Source of the DNA: Candidatus Sulfomarinibacteraceae bacterium
GTDB taxonomy: Bacteria > Acidobacteriota > Thermoanaerobaculia > Thermoanaerobaculales > Sulfomarinibacteraceae
Assembly (NCBI GenBank): GCA_963796455.1
Contig: CAWCLO010000005.1
Span: forward strand, 1 to 64,000
DNA: 64,000 nucleotides
Direction: 5' to 3'
The notes beneath the pieces are model-generated. The model worked only from the letters and a program-made list of their open reading frames with translations, was not told the origin of the DNA and searched no databases. This document shows positions 17,831 through 28,119 of the stretch, in pieces; position 1 is the stretch's first letter, and each line of letters begins with the position of its first letter. Position numbers and translations under genes: made by a program.

Positions 17831-20426
17831 ATGGGTGGGCCCAGATGGCTGCAACGGCTGTTCGCACTCTTTGGTGGAGCCGCCGCGGAAGCACCGGACC
17901 CCGAGTCTGCGCGTGGGGTCTTTCAAACCCGGTACCACGCGCTGCGCCTGCTGCTGGCAGCAAACACGAAGGCGCTCGAAGGGATGGCCGCCATGGAGCG
18001 TGCCGCTGTGGGCGGGTCTTCGGTCACCATGTCCTTCGTGCGATCCCACTGCACTGCCGTCGGGGTCAGTGTCTATCAGATGGTTCGCCACCTCGACACC
18101 CTGGCACCCGAAAAATACAACCTGCTCTTCGAACGCCTCGGCGACATCCAGGCCTCGATAGACATCGAACTCGGCACCCGTCCTCAACCCTCTGATGCAT
18201 TTCTGGTACTCCCGCTAGCCGAGGTGGATCAGGGTGACACCGACGCCGCCGGTCCAAAAATGGCGAATCTCGGCGAGGTCGCAAATGTCGTTGGCGTTCC
18301 GGTGCCCAGCGGTTTCGTCATCACGACCGAGTCCTACGACCGCCTCATCGCGGCCAATGATCTTCAACCGGAGATCGATCGGCTCTTACAGATTCACGAT
18401 GCCGACGGCCCGGAAGGGCTCTTTGCCCTCAGCTCCGAGCTTCAGAACCTGGTTCTGTCCGCCACGGTGCCCGACGATATCGCGGCAGCCATCGACGCTG
18501 CGGTCGCGGTGATCTCGGATCCAGCGGCGGGGACCACCTTCGCCCTCCGATCGAGCGCACTTGGTGAGGATTCGGCAGAGGCATCCTTTGCCGGACAATA
18601 CGAGTCGTTGCTCAATGTGCGCAGCGCGCATGTGGTGAGCAGCTATCTGGAGGTGGTGGCCAGTAAATACACACCCCAGGCGATGCACTATCGATTGCAG
18701 CGCGGCCTCCGCGACGGCGATGTGAGCATGAGCGTCGGTTGTCTGGAAATGATCGACGCCCGTTCCGGGGGTGTCGTTTACACCGGAAACCCCGGTGATC
18801 GGGATGACCACAACATCTTCATCAGTTCGGCCTGGGGTCTGCCGAAGGCGATCGTCGACGGCAGGTTCGCCAGCGATCTCGTGACGGTCGAGCGGACCGG
18901 TTCGCCGCGCATTCTGAAGCGGGAGATCGGTGACAAAAAGACACGGTTCGTGCTTCACAGGAGGGAGGGTGTTCAGCGGGACGATGTACCGACGGAGCTG
19001 CAGAAACCAGCCCTCGTTGAGCGACGAGGAGGCCTTGCAGCTTGCGGAGGTCGCTCTCCGCCTGGAGAAGCACTTCGAGTCACCGGTCGATGTCGAGTGG
19101 GCGATCGACAAGGGGGGGCAGCTGATGATCTTGCAGTGCCGCCCTCTTGCCCAGTCTCGTACGATCGAGCGCCAACCTCTGCCCGAAGGCACACCTCCGC
19201 CGATGGTGGAGGGAGGGGTCAACGCGAGCCCCGGGGCGGCCGCAGGAATCGTCCACAGGGTCAGCCGGGACAGTGACGCGCTGACCTGCCCTGAGGGAGC
19301 GGTCCTGGTTCTCCAACAGCCTCTGCCCCGGTGGGCCGCCCTTCTCGGCCGCGCGGCCGCGGTCGTTGCGGAGGAGGGCGGAATAGCCGGCCATCTGGCG
19401 ACCGTGGCCCGCGAGCTCGGCGTGCCGACCATTCTGGGGGCCGGAGATCTGGAAACGTTGGTGGACGGTCTGGAGATCACCGTTGATGCGACCGGCAGCG
19501 CCGTCTACCCGGGTCGGATCGAACCGCTTCTCGTTGCTCGAGAGGAGCCACCGGAGCTCCGGCCCGAGACCCCTGTCCTGAAGACCCTTCGCGATGTGCT
19601 TCGGCACATCGTCCCCCTCAACCTCCTCGATCCGGATGGCATCGATTTCACGCCCTCCGCCTGTCGCACGCTGCACGACATCACGCGTTTCTGCCACGAA
19701 CAGGCGGTGCGCGAGATCTTCGCCTTTGGCAGCGACACCCCTTTTCCGCAGTACGCCAGCAAGCAACTCCATCACAACGTGCCCATGCAATGGTGGATCC
19801 TCGATCTCGGTGGCGCATTCAACAAGGAGGTCACCGGGAAATACGTTCACCTTGAGGACATCAAGAACGGGCCGATGCTCGCTCTGTGGGATGGGATGGT
19901 CGCGGTGCCGTGGGATGGTCCACCGGCGATCAGCGGTCGCGGCCTGGCGTCGGTGCTTTTCGAAGCCACGGCCAATCCGGCCCTGTCGTCTCCATTCAAC
20001 AAGCCCTACTCTAACCGGAACTACTTCATCATCTCCGAGCACTTCATGAATCTCCAGTCGCGTTTCGGTTTTCACTTCACGAACGTCGAGGCCCTCGCCG
20101 GACCACGCCCGGAAGAAAACTATCTGAGCTTCTCCTTCAAGGGCGGTGCCGCCGATCTCGAACGGAAGGCCGCCCGGGCTCGATTCATCGGTGCTCTCCT
20201 CGAGGATCATGACTTCGAGGTCAAGGTCACCAACGATGTGGTGACCGCCCGGCGCACAGGTCTCGAGAGAGACCGTATCGAGCAGACCCTGAGGATCGTC
20301 GGCTATCTCCTGATGCACACGAGGCAACTCGACATGGTGATGGGCCATCCGGAAGCAGTGGAACATTACGGCTCGAAAATGCGCGCCGATATCCAGAGCC
20401 TGCAAGCCGACGAGTCGAACACGTAA
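17831..20426 (+). pseudogene. PEP-synthase-like (ATP-grasp + swivelling phospho-His) protein, split by a frameshift near 19005
   Basis: G.KMANLGE, VPSGFVIT, LRSSALGED..ASFAGQYES in one frame; DVEWAID, LQCRPL and GGIAGHLATVARELGVP in another. Removing one A from CAGAAACCAG joins the frames. Confidence 0.8.
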
Positions 20427-20462
20427 TCTTCAGAATAATGGTGATCGACGATCCTCGGACGA

Positions 20463-21020
20463 TCAGTTGCCGAGCAACCCGCGTTTGAGCGAGTTGGTCG
20501 GTGGTTTTTCGCCGAGCCCGATCCGCAGGAGCGCCGTCTGAAAATCGTCGCCGTCGATGACGCCGAGCTCTTCGCCGTTGAGGGTGACGGTGGTTCCCGC
20601 TCCGGGGATCATGGTGCATTCGACCACATCACCCGCCTTCAAATCGTCGAAAAAATCGATGTAGATCATGACGCGATCCTCGAGGATCTCGTAGCTGTCT
20701 GGAGAGTTGGTCCTGAAACCCTTGATCCAGGCGGCCTCCATTCTTTCCTCGGTGGCCCTGTCGGTCAGATAGTGCATGACGAAGCGTTTCGGACCTGATG
20801 CGCTCAATGCCTCGTCCGCGTCGTGGGTCTTCTGCTCGAGATAAAGCCCTGCCACGTAGACCTTGATTCCCAGTTTTCGGCGCAGTCCCATGCCGTTGAG
20901 ATGGAGCGTCGTATCGGCGACGACGATTTGGTCGACCATGGTCACGTCCGCCAATGTTTTTGGCCACACTTCCGGCGTGATCACCAACACCGTCACCAAG
21001 GCGATAACCAGTTTCCCCAT
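20463..21020 (-). CDS. Chalcone-isomerase-like exported protein
   Basis: Signal peptide; LHLNGMGLRRKLGIKVYVAGLYL; C-terminal LGEKPP...LKRGLLG. Confidence 0.85.
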   Translation of the reverse strand: MGKLVIALVTVLVITPEVWPKTLADVTMVDQIVVADTTLHLNGMGLRRKLGIKVYVAGLYLEQKTHDADEALSASGPKRFVMHYLTDRATEERMEAAWIKGFRTNSPDSYEILEDRVMIYIDFFDDLKAGDVVECTMIPGAGTTVTLNGEELGVIDGDDFQTALLRIGLGEKPPTNSLKRGLLGN

Positions 21021-21177
21021 CCAGCACCCTCCAGCACGATTGGCCTGAGCGCATTCTAGCGCGGCGCTTCCCGTTCGCACCCTGCGAGACACCACGTGAA
21101 TTACGGGAGGGTTTTGGCAGATCCGGTGCGCAGTAGCCCCATACCCGTGTCCGCGTCCGCGTCCGTGCCGGGATTAC

Positions 21178-21353
21178 AGCGGCAGCGACAGTATTCAGGG
21201 GCGGCGACAGGGAGCAGCGATCAGTTTTCAGCTCTCAGCGCGTCGTGCCATCCATACTGGAAAATCTGTCGCTGATGACAGCCGCTGATGACTGAACGCT
21301 TTCCGAGACTCTGTCTTGGACAAGAGAGATCCAGCATCCAGCAACCAGCAACC
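21178..21353. repeat. CAGCGAC/GCTGATG repeat block with a solo MITE-like right end and CCAGCA(T/A) heptamers
   Basis: Shares gctgatgactgaac and cgagactctgtcttggaca with 1820-2018 and 26650-26978. Confidence 0.65.
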
Positions 21354-21362
21354 AGTCCCTCC

Positions 21363-23060
21363 TTAGCCCGCCTTCTCCTCGAAGACGTGCACATCTCTCT
21401 GCGGGAAGGGGATCGAGATGCCCTCCTTGTCGAATCGCATCTTGACCTCGCGGGTGATGTCCCAGTAGATATCCCAATAGTCATCCGTCTTTGCCCATGG
21501 CCGGACGACGAAGTCGACCGACGATTCGCCAAGGTTGTGGAGTTTCACCACGGGCGCCGGATCCTCGAGAACACCGTCGTGTTCAGTGAGGATTTCTTCG
21601 AGCACCCGCTCAGCGTGGGGAATGTCGTCGGAGTAGGCGATTCCGAAGACCATGTCGACCCGCCGGATCTTCTGGGCGGTCACGTTTTTGATGACGTCTC
21701 CCCAGATCTTGTTGTTCGGAATGACGAGGGTCTGATGATCCACGGTCAGGATCGTAGTGGCGACGAGGCTCATGTTCCGCACCTTGCCGAAGGCGCCCGC
21801 GACATCGACCATGTCGCCGACATCGTAGGGACGATAGAGCAGGATCATGACCCCCGACGCAAAGTTCGCCAGGGTGTCCTGGAGAGCAAAACCTACGATG
21901 AATCCGACGACACCGAGACCGGCCAGCACTGGGGCGATCTCCACCCCAAATTGCGAGAGCGCCACCAGAATGCCCAGAATCATCACCACCGTACCGGTGA
22001 TTGATTGTGCGGTTCGTTCGAGGAGTTGGTTGCCTTCGAGATTCGATGAGCGGATCGCCTTGAGGACGATCTTGCGGGCGATTTTGGACAGGATTCTGAA
22101 CAAAAGGAGGATCAGGAAAAAGAGAACCACCTTGAAGAAAATGCGCGGCGCATTGCCGGTAAACCACTCGATCGCCTTGCCGGTCCAGGTGCTCAGGAGT
22201 CCGCCGAGAACATCGCGGCTCAGGAGCCCGGTCGTGATCTCTCCGGTCACCTCGAAGAGCAGTTGGCGGTACTCGGCGGTTTCCAGTCCGAGCTTGTCCA
22301 TCATGCCGGCGGTCCAGTCGAGGCGTTTGACGTAGAGCTCGAGGCGCTGACGGGTCGACTCGTTTTCCACCTTGAGGTCGGCGTTTTCGGGGTCCGCCTT
22401 GATCCTTCGTGCGATGTTGTCGAGCTCGTTTCGCGCCAATTCGATGCGTCCGATCAGGAGCTCCGCTCGCTCGAGGAGTTCCTCTTCGAGGAATACCTTT
22501 TCGTTTGTCGCATCGAGACCGAAGCTTTCCATTTCATCAGTCTTCTCGAGCAACTGCTGCAAACTCTGGTCGAGCCGGTTGTTGTCGTCGACGATCCGGT
22601 CCTCGATTTCAGCCAATTCTTCCGGTGTGGCCTCGTCTCGCTGGTTTCTCAGGTCGGCCAGTTCGGTATTCAGGGTGTCGATTCGCTCGTGGAAGTACTC
22701 TCCCACGCGCTGCAGCATTTCTTCGACCTGTTGGCGGTCCCTGGCCGCATCCTGCCCGTCCTCTTCACGGGCAATGACGTTCGTGCTGAGGACAGTCAGA
22801 TCTCTGATGAGACTCTCGATCACGCCCGAGGCGCGCTCTTCGAGTGCTTCCCGGTCGCCACCGGAGGCGGCGTCGATCTCCAGTCGGAGCCGGTTGAGTT
22901 CCTCTTTCCCCTCGTCTATGGATTGAAAGAGCTCCCGCGATTGCGTCAGGAGTTTGTTGTCGGAAGCTTCTTCGGTGGCCTGAGCATCGACCGGAACGCT
23001 GGTCATGGTGAGCATCATGAGTGCGAACACGATCGGGAGGGTCTTCAGTTTTAAATGCAT
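21363..23060 (-). CDS. MscS-family mechanosensitive channel with a periplasmic coiled coil
   Basis: GFIVGFALQDTLANFASG, YRPYDVGD, LGESSVDF, IPFPQRDVH. Confidence 0.92.
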   Translation of the reverse strand: MHLKLKTLPIVFALMMLTMTSVPVDAQATEEASDNKLLTQSRELFQSIDEGKEELNRLRLEIDAASGGDREALEERASGVIESLIRDLTVLSTNVIAREEDGQDAARDRQQVEEMLQRVGEYFHERIDTLNTELADLRNQRDEATPEELAEIEDRIVDDNNRLDQSLQQLLEKTDEMESFGLDATNEKVFLEEELLERAELLIGRIELARNELDNIARRIKADPENADLKVENESTRQRLELYVKRLDWTAGMMDKLGLETAEYRQLLFEVTGEITTGLLSRDVLGGLLSTWTGKAIEWFTGNAPRIFFKVVLFFLILLLFRILSKIARKIVLKAIRSSNLEGNQLLERTAQSITGTVVMILGILVALSQFGVEIAPVLAGLGVVGFIVGFALQDTLANFASGVMILLYRPYDVGDMVDVAGAFGKVRNMSLVATTILTVDHQTLVIPNNKIWGDVIKNVTAQKIRRVDMVFGIAYSDDIPHAERVLEEILTEHDGVLEDPAPVVKLHNLGESSVDFVVRPWAKTDDYWDIYWDITREVKMRFDKEGISIPFPQRDVHVFEEKAG

Positions 23061-23283
23061 CTATTCTCCAAAAAAAACGAATCTAGGGGTAGGGCCTGTG
23101 CCGGCTTTCGTCGAGGCTGCCGGGTCCCTGTCAATATGTAGACCAATCCGGAGCCTCGAGAATTCCTGGCAATGACTGATTGCCCCGAAGTACTCGAGGT
23201 CGGAGTCCTTCGTTTATACTCCGCAGATCTTCGTCGAGGGAATGAACTGCGGCGCGACGCGATTAGGAGATGAGACCGCCCGT

Positions 23284-24399
23284 ATGAGAGGTTTAGAGGT
23301 GCATTTCAGACAGTGTTTTCGAGCGACGGTCGTTGTCACGTTTTGTGTACTTTCGGTGTTGACTGCCCCTGTGTTCGCGGCGGACGAGAAGGAAGCATGG
23401 CAGCCACCGCCGCCCACGCCCGACAAATGGGACTGGGTGCAGATGACAAACGGTGAGTGGCTCAAGGGCGAGATCATCGCCATGTATGACGACGTCCTGG
23501 AGTTCGACAGCGACGAATTCGACCTCCAAAAACTCGACCTCGAGGATATTCAGATCATCCGGTCGGGCCAACCGGTCCAGGTGGCGTTCATTGATGACTA
23601 CATCATCACGGGCCTGATGCTGGTGGAGGGTCAGACGGTAACGGTTTTCGGCGAGGAAGAATATCAGTCGACCCGCGGGCAGGTGCTTTCGCTCACCGCC
23701 GGCGTGCCGAAGGAGCGCAACTTCTGGCGCGGGAAAATCGGTGCCGGTCTCAACGTTCGTACCGGAAACACCGAGCAGACCGAGTTCAACGCCAACGCGA
23801 GTTTCATGCGGCGGACGCCGATCAATCGGGTCAGCTTCGACTACCTCGGAAACTTTTCGGAAAATCAAAGCGTCACCCTGGCCGACAATCAGCGAGCCAA
23901 CGCAGGGTGGAATCGGTTTCTGAGCCGGAAATTTTATATTTCTCCGGTTTATGGGGAGTTCTTCCGCGATCCCTTCCAGAACATCGCCCGCCGCTGGACC
24001 ATTGGTACGGGCGCCGGTTATCAGATCATCGATAGCTCGAAGATCGGCTGGAGCGTGGATGCCGGCATCGCCTACCAGCGAACAAATTTTGATGATGTCA
24101 CAGAGGGCGAATCGACGGCCGCCGATACGCCGGCTTTTCTGGGCGGGACCAAATACAACAACGAAATCACGAAGTGGATGGACTACTTTTTCGAATACAG
24201 TTTCCAGATCGTCAACCAGGAATCGGGCACCTATATTCACCACCTGCAGACCGGGTTTGAATTCGATATCTTCTCGGATTTCGACTTCGACGTGTCGGTG
24301 GTATGGGACAGGACGCAAGATCCGCGTGAGGATTCCGACGGGACCGTCCCCAAGCAGAACGATCTGCGGACGATCTTTGGCGTGAGCTACACCTTCTGA
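23284..24399 (+). CDS. DUF481-family outer-membrane beta-barrel
   Basis: Signal peptide, DWVQMTNGEWLKGEI, RDPFQNI, C-terminal VSYTF. Start uncertain. Confidence 0.78.
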   Translation: MRGLEVHFRQCFRATVVVTFCVLSVLTAPVFAADEKEAWQPPPPTPDKWDWVQMTNGEWLKGEIIAMYDDVLEFDSDEFDLQKLDLEDIQIIRSGQPVQVAFIDDYIITGLMLVEGQTVTVFGEEEYQSTRGQVLSLTAGVPKERNFWRGKIGAGLNVRTGNTEQTEFNANASFMRRTPINRVSFDYLGNFSENQSVTLADNQRANAGWNRFLSRKFYISPVYGEFFRDPFQNIARRWTIGTGAGYQIIDSSKIGWSVDAGIAYQRTNFDDVTEGESTAADTPAFLGGTKYNNEITKWMDYFFEYSFQIVNQESGTYIHHLQTGFEFDIFSDFDFDVSVVWDRTQDPREDSDGTVPKQNDLRTIFGVSYTF

Positions 24400-24422
24400 A
24401 TTGCGACGGAAGAGTCAACCGA

Positions 24423-25115
24423 GTGGATATCAACCCCGGGTCCGAGCAGCGAAATCAGCGCACCAGGTGGCTTCGGATCGTCGAGATCGGAGCCCTGTTG
24501 GCGGGGACCGCCTTGCTTGGCTACTACACGGTGGTGCGAGTGCAGGGGTCGTTGGCGAGCAGTGCGGCGATTGAGGCATTCGAGCGATCCATCGCTTCTA
24601 ACGCAGCCGAACCGGAGCCCGCCTCAGGTTTGCCCTCCCAGCTCCCGGTGGACACCACTTTGTGGTCGGAGGGCAGGATCGAGGAATACGAAAGGGATGC
24701 CGGTGCCGATCTCGGCCTCCCCCTCGCGATCCTCCGCATCCCGAGCGTCAGCATCGAGGTCCCGGTTTTCGAAGGGACCGATGAAGCCACTCTCAATCGA
24801 GGCGCCGGTCGCATCGAGGGCACGGCCTTTCCGGGAACCGACGGGAATGTGGGACTCGCCAGCCATCGCGACGGGTTCTTCCGTCCGCTCGAGGGCATTT
24901 CCCTCGGTGATGCGGTCGTCATCCAAGATATTGAAGAAACCACGGAGTACATCGTGGACGATCTTCGGATCGTCGAACCGACCGACGTCTGGGTGCTCGA
25001 TGCGACCGAGAATCCAACGGTCACCCTGGTGACCTGCTATCCATTCTATTTCGTGGGAAGCGCGCCACAGCGCTTCATCGTGCGCGCGGTGCTCTCCGAA
25101 AGGGTCGATAAGTGA
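24423..25115 (+). CDS. Class D-like sortase
   Basis: N-terminal TM; catalytic His (ASHRD), Cys (TLVTCYPF) and Arg (QRFIVRA). Confidence 0.92.
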   Translation: MDINPGSEQRNQRTRWLRIVEIGALLAGTALLGYYTVVRVQGSLASSAAIEAFERSIASNAAEPEPASGLPSQLPVDTTLWSEGRIEEYERDAGADLGLPLAILRIPSVSIEVPVFEGTDEATLNRGAGRIEGTAFPGTDGNVGLASHRDGFFRPLEGISLGDAVVIQDIEETTEYIVDDLRIVEPTDVWVLDATENPTVTLVTCYPFYFVGSAPQRFIVRAVLSERVDK

Positions 25116-25188
25116 GGGGCCGCGGATGCGGATGAATTGGTTCGTGTGAAAAATTGACTACAATGCTCAAACAACCAGGAGGTGTCAG

Positions 25189-25764
25189 ATGAAGAAGAAT
25201 GCGGTGATTATGGTTCTGTGTGTTCTGTGCGTGGTGTTTACGGTGTCGGGTGCCGTTGCCGACGATGAGAAGAGCTCGACTGAGCTCAAGCACGATTCCC
25301 AACGAGCCAAGATCAACGAGGTTGCCAAGGAAACCCTCGACAAGCTCTTTGCCGAAAACCCCAAGGCCAAGGCCCTGTATGACGAGGCAATCGGTTGGGC
25401 GGTATTCGACAACACCAAGGTCGCCTTCGGTCTCTCAGGCGGTGGTGGCAAGGGTGTGGCCGAGTCGAAGAGCGGCAAGAAGGCCTATATGAAGATGGGA
25501 ACCGGGGGCGTTGGTCTCGGGATCGGTGTCAACAAGTATCAGATCGTCTTTCTGTTTCAGGACGAGGTGACGCTCAAGAACTTCATCGAAAAGGGATGGC
25601 AGGCGGATGCCGGCGCGACGGCATCGGCGGGAAAAGAGTCGGCCGATGCCAAAACCAATTTCGTCAACGGTCTGGCGATCTATCAGCTCACAGAAAAGGG
25701 CCTGATGCTGAACGCCGACATCGCCGGCACCAAGTACTGGCTCGACGAAAAACTGAACGAATAG
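25189..25764 (+). CDS. YSC84/SYLF-related exported protein
   Basis: Signal peptide; GGGGKGV, GGVGLGIG..YQIVFLF and GLMLNADIAGTKYW. Confidence 0.8.
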   Translation: MKKNAVIMVLCVLCVVFTVSGAVADDEKSSTELKHDSQRAKINEVAKETLDKLFAENPKAKALYDEAIGWAVFDNTKVAFGLSGGGGKGVAESKSGKKAYMKMGTGGVGLGIGVNKYQIVFLFQDEVTLKNFIEKGWQADAGATASAGKESADAKTNFVNGLAIYQLTEKGLMLNADIAGTKYWLDEKLNE

Positions 25765-25883
25765 AACCCGATCCGACTGGCGCTCGGCGTCGGATCGACG
25801 AGGTTGTCCACGACGACAGTCGGGGGACACTTGTACAGACCCGGCAGACGGAAACGGATGCGACCAATCGAGGAGGAGAGAAG

Positions 25884-26570
25884 ATGTCAGTTCGGCAGAA
25901 AATCGTGTGTGTTGTTGTGGTGGGGATCGTGGCCGCGGCCGGTCTGGTTTCCGCCCAGATGACGGAGACCCTGGAAATCAAACGGGGGACCGTTGTGTCC
26001 GTTTGGGACAATGACCTGGTTGTCAAAATGATGGATGGCGCCACCCGTCACGTCGAGGTTCCCGAAGGCTTCACCTTCATGGTCAATGGTGAGGAGCTTC
26101 CGGTGAGCGCGCTCAAACCGGGCATGAATCTGACCGCCATTGTCGTGACGGCGACGGCGCCGGTCGAGGTGCAGACAACCGAGGTCAAGAAGGGACAGGT
26201 CCTGTCGGTTGCGGGCAGGACCGTGGTCATCCGGTCTGAAGAAGGCACCAAAAAATACACGGTTCCCGGCGATTTCCCGTTCTGGGTCGATGGTCAGAAG
26301 AAGACTGTCTACGACCTCAGGAAAGGCAATTATGTGACTGCCGAAATCGTCCACACCAGCGTGGAGATGGTCACTGAAACGGAAGCCGTGGTCGCCGCCA
26401 GCGAACCCGCCAAACCGGCAGCTCCGGCGGCCCCCGCCGCACCCAGGGCGGCTGCGAAGACCGAGATGAGAGTGCTTCCAAAGACCGGCAGCTCGCTGCC
26501 GATCTTTGCCCTCGCGGGCGGACTGTTGTTGTTGATTGGGATCGGAATCGGGATCATCCGCCGTTTCTAG
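25884..26570 (+). CDS. LPXTG-anchored surface protein (likely sortase substrate)
   Basis: GGAGG RBS, signal peptide, two similar beta-rich repeats, Ala/Pro linker, then LPKTG + hydrophobic helix + RRF. Confidence 0.88.
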   Translation: MSVRQKIVCVVVVGIVAAAGLVSAQMTETLEIKRGTVVSVWDNDLVVKMMDGATRHVEVPEGFTFMVNGEELPVSALKPGMNLTAIVVTATAPVEVQTTEVKKGQVLSVAGRTVVIRSEEGTKKYTVPGDFPFWVDGQKKTVYDLRKGNYVTAEIVHTSVEMVTETEAVVAASEPAKPAAPAAPAAPRAAAKTEMRVLPKTGSSLPIFALAGGLLLLIGIGIGIIRRF

Positions 26571-26605
26571 GCTCAATTTCTGCCTCCGGTCTTTGACCGG
26601 AGCCC

Positions 26606-26636
26606 GGGCCACCGCGGATGCGGTGGCTCTTTTTTT
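26606..26636 (+). terminator. Rho-independent terminator
   Basis: GGGCCACCGC-GGAT-GCGGTGGCTC followed by T7. Confidence 0.85.
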
Positions 26637-26652
26637 GTCCCTGGCCGAATCG

Positions 26653-26980
26653 CAGCGACGGCGACAGTGTCCAGCGGCAGCGACAGCGGCAGGGAACAGC
26701 GACAGGGAACAGCGATCAGTGTGCAGCGGTCAGGAGTCCAGGCGATTGATAGCCACCTCCGGGTCGTTCATTGGAAGGAACAGCCGTTGTGGTGTAGGCG
26801 TCTCGCCTGCACACCGTGCGGCCGAGACGGCCGCACCACAAAGGCCGGAGCCCCGAAGAAATGAGTGCTGTTCACTGTCCCGGCCGCTGATCGCTGACGC
26901 TGATGACTGAACACTGTCGCTGTCCCTGAAATCTGTCCGAGACGCTGGTTTGGACAATAGTGATTCGGCATCCAGCATCT
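26653..26980. repeat. Repeat block: inverted CAGCGACAGGGA arms around a GTGG-REP pair, with a solo MITE-like end
   Basis: cagcgacaggga...tgtcgctgtccctg arms; REP pair at 26789-26839; ttggacaatagtgAT followed by GCATCCA repeats. Confidence 0.7.
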
Positions 26981-26990
26981 TCGGTGGAGC

Positions 26991-28034
26991 TCAGAACTGA
27001 TCGATCACCGTGATCCCGACCGCGGAGAATTCGCCCATTTCCTGAAGTGCCATCGGTGCCTGTTCGAGCGGGATGGTGTTGCCGATCAATTGCTGCGGCC
27101 GCAGTTGACCCGATGAAATCAAGTCCAGCATCTCCTCGTAGCGATGAGCTTGCATGCCGTGGCTGCCGAGAATCTCGAGCTCCCAGCCGATGACCCGTTC
27201 CATCGGCAATGGCGGGCGGTGGTCGTCGCCGGCAAGCAACCCGACCTGGACGTGCCGGCCGCGTTTGCGGAGGCTGAGGACCGAGTTGGCCGCGGTGGTT
27301 TTGCTGCCGAGGGCATCGATCGAGAGGTGCGCTCCGCGATCGGTGAGTTCGTGGATCCGGGCGGCCACGTCGTCGGTTTCGCGGCCGTTGATCGTGGCGA
27401 CAGCCCCGATCCTTTCGGCGATGGTCAGGGCTTCTGGGTTGATATCCACCGCGATGACCCGGGCCCCCAAGCTCGAGGCGATCATCACAGCCGAAAGACC
27501 GACCCCGCCGCAGCCGTGCACGGCAACCCATTCTCCCGGTGCGACGCGGCCTTGGGCGACCACAGCCCGGTAGGAGGTGGCAAAGCGGCACCCGAGACTT
27601 GCGGCCGTCACGAAATCGAGGTCGTCGGGCAGCGCCACCAGGTTGGTGTCGGCGTGATCGATGGCCACGAATTCGGCAAAAGATCCCCAATGGGTGAAAC
27701 CCGGCTGGGTCTGGTGATCACAGATCTGGTGGTTTCCACTCGCGCATTCCGGGCAGGTCCCACAGCCGCACACAAAGGGCACGGTGACCCGGTCGCCAAT
27801 TTTCCATGTGCTGACCTCGCTGCCGGTCTCGGCGACTGTCCCGGCCAACTCGTGGCCGGGCACATGGGGAAAGCTCCGAATGTCGGGGTCGTGACCCATC
27901 CATCCGTGCCAGTCACTGCGGCAGATGCCGCTCGCCTCGACCTTGATCACCGCTCCATGGGCCTTCGGAGCCGGATTCTCGACCTCGTTGATCTGAATCG
28001 GTCCGGCAAACGCTTCAAAAAATGCCGCTCTCAT
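26991..28034 (-). CDS. Zinc-dependent alcohol dehydrogenase (MDR family)
   Basis: [27 protein letters not shown]. Confidence 0.93.
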   Translation of the reverse strand: MRAAFFEAFAGPIQINEVENPAPKAHGAVIKVEASGICRSDWHGWMGHDPDIRSFPHVPGHELAGTVAETGSEVSTWKIGDRVTVPFVCGCGTCPECASGNHQICDHQTQPGFTHWGSFAEFVAIDHADTNLVALPDDLDFVTAASLGCRFATSYRAVVAQGRVAPGEWVAVHGCGGVGLSAVMIASSLGARVIAVDINPEALTIAERIGAVATINGRETDDVAARIHELTDRGAHLSIDALGSKTTAANSVLSLRKRGRHVQVGLLAGDDHRPPLPMERVIGWELEILGSHGMQAHRYEEMLDLISSGQLRPQQLIGNTIPLEQAPMALQEMGEFSAVGITVIDQF

Positions 28035-28119
28035 GGCTTCTCCTCGGCTATGCTCGTCTGCGAACATTGTTGCACCGATGCTCGAGCATGTAGAGTATCG
28101 GTTTCAGGGACGGTTATTG

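Noticed and set aside
23168..23186. TGGCAATGACTGATTGC as a sigma-54 promoter
   Set aside because: GG-GC spacing is 12 nt, not the required 10; only a short palindrome.
25395..25883. Upstream extension of the LPXTG ORF
   Set aside because: Out-of-frame overlap with the YSC84-like gene; the RBS and signal peptide are at 25884.
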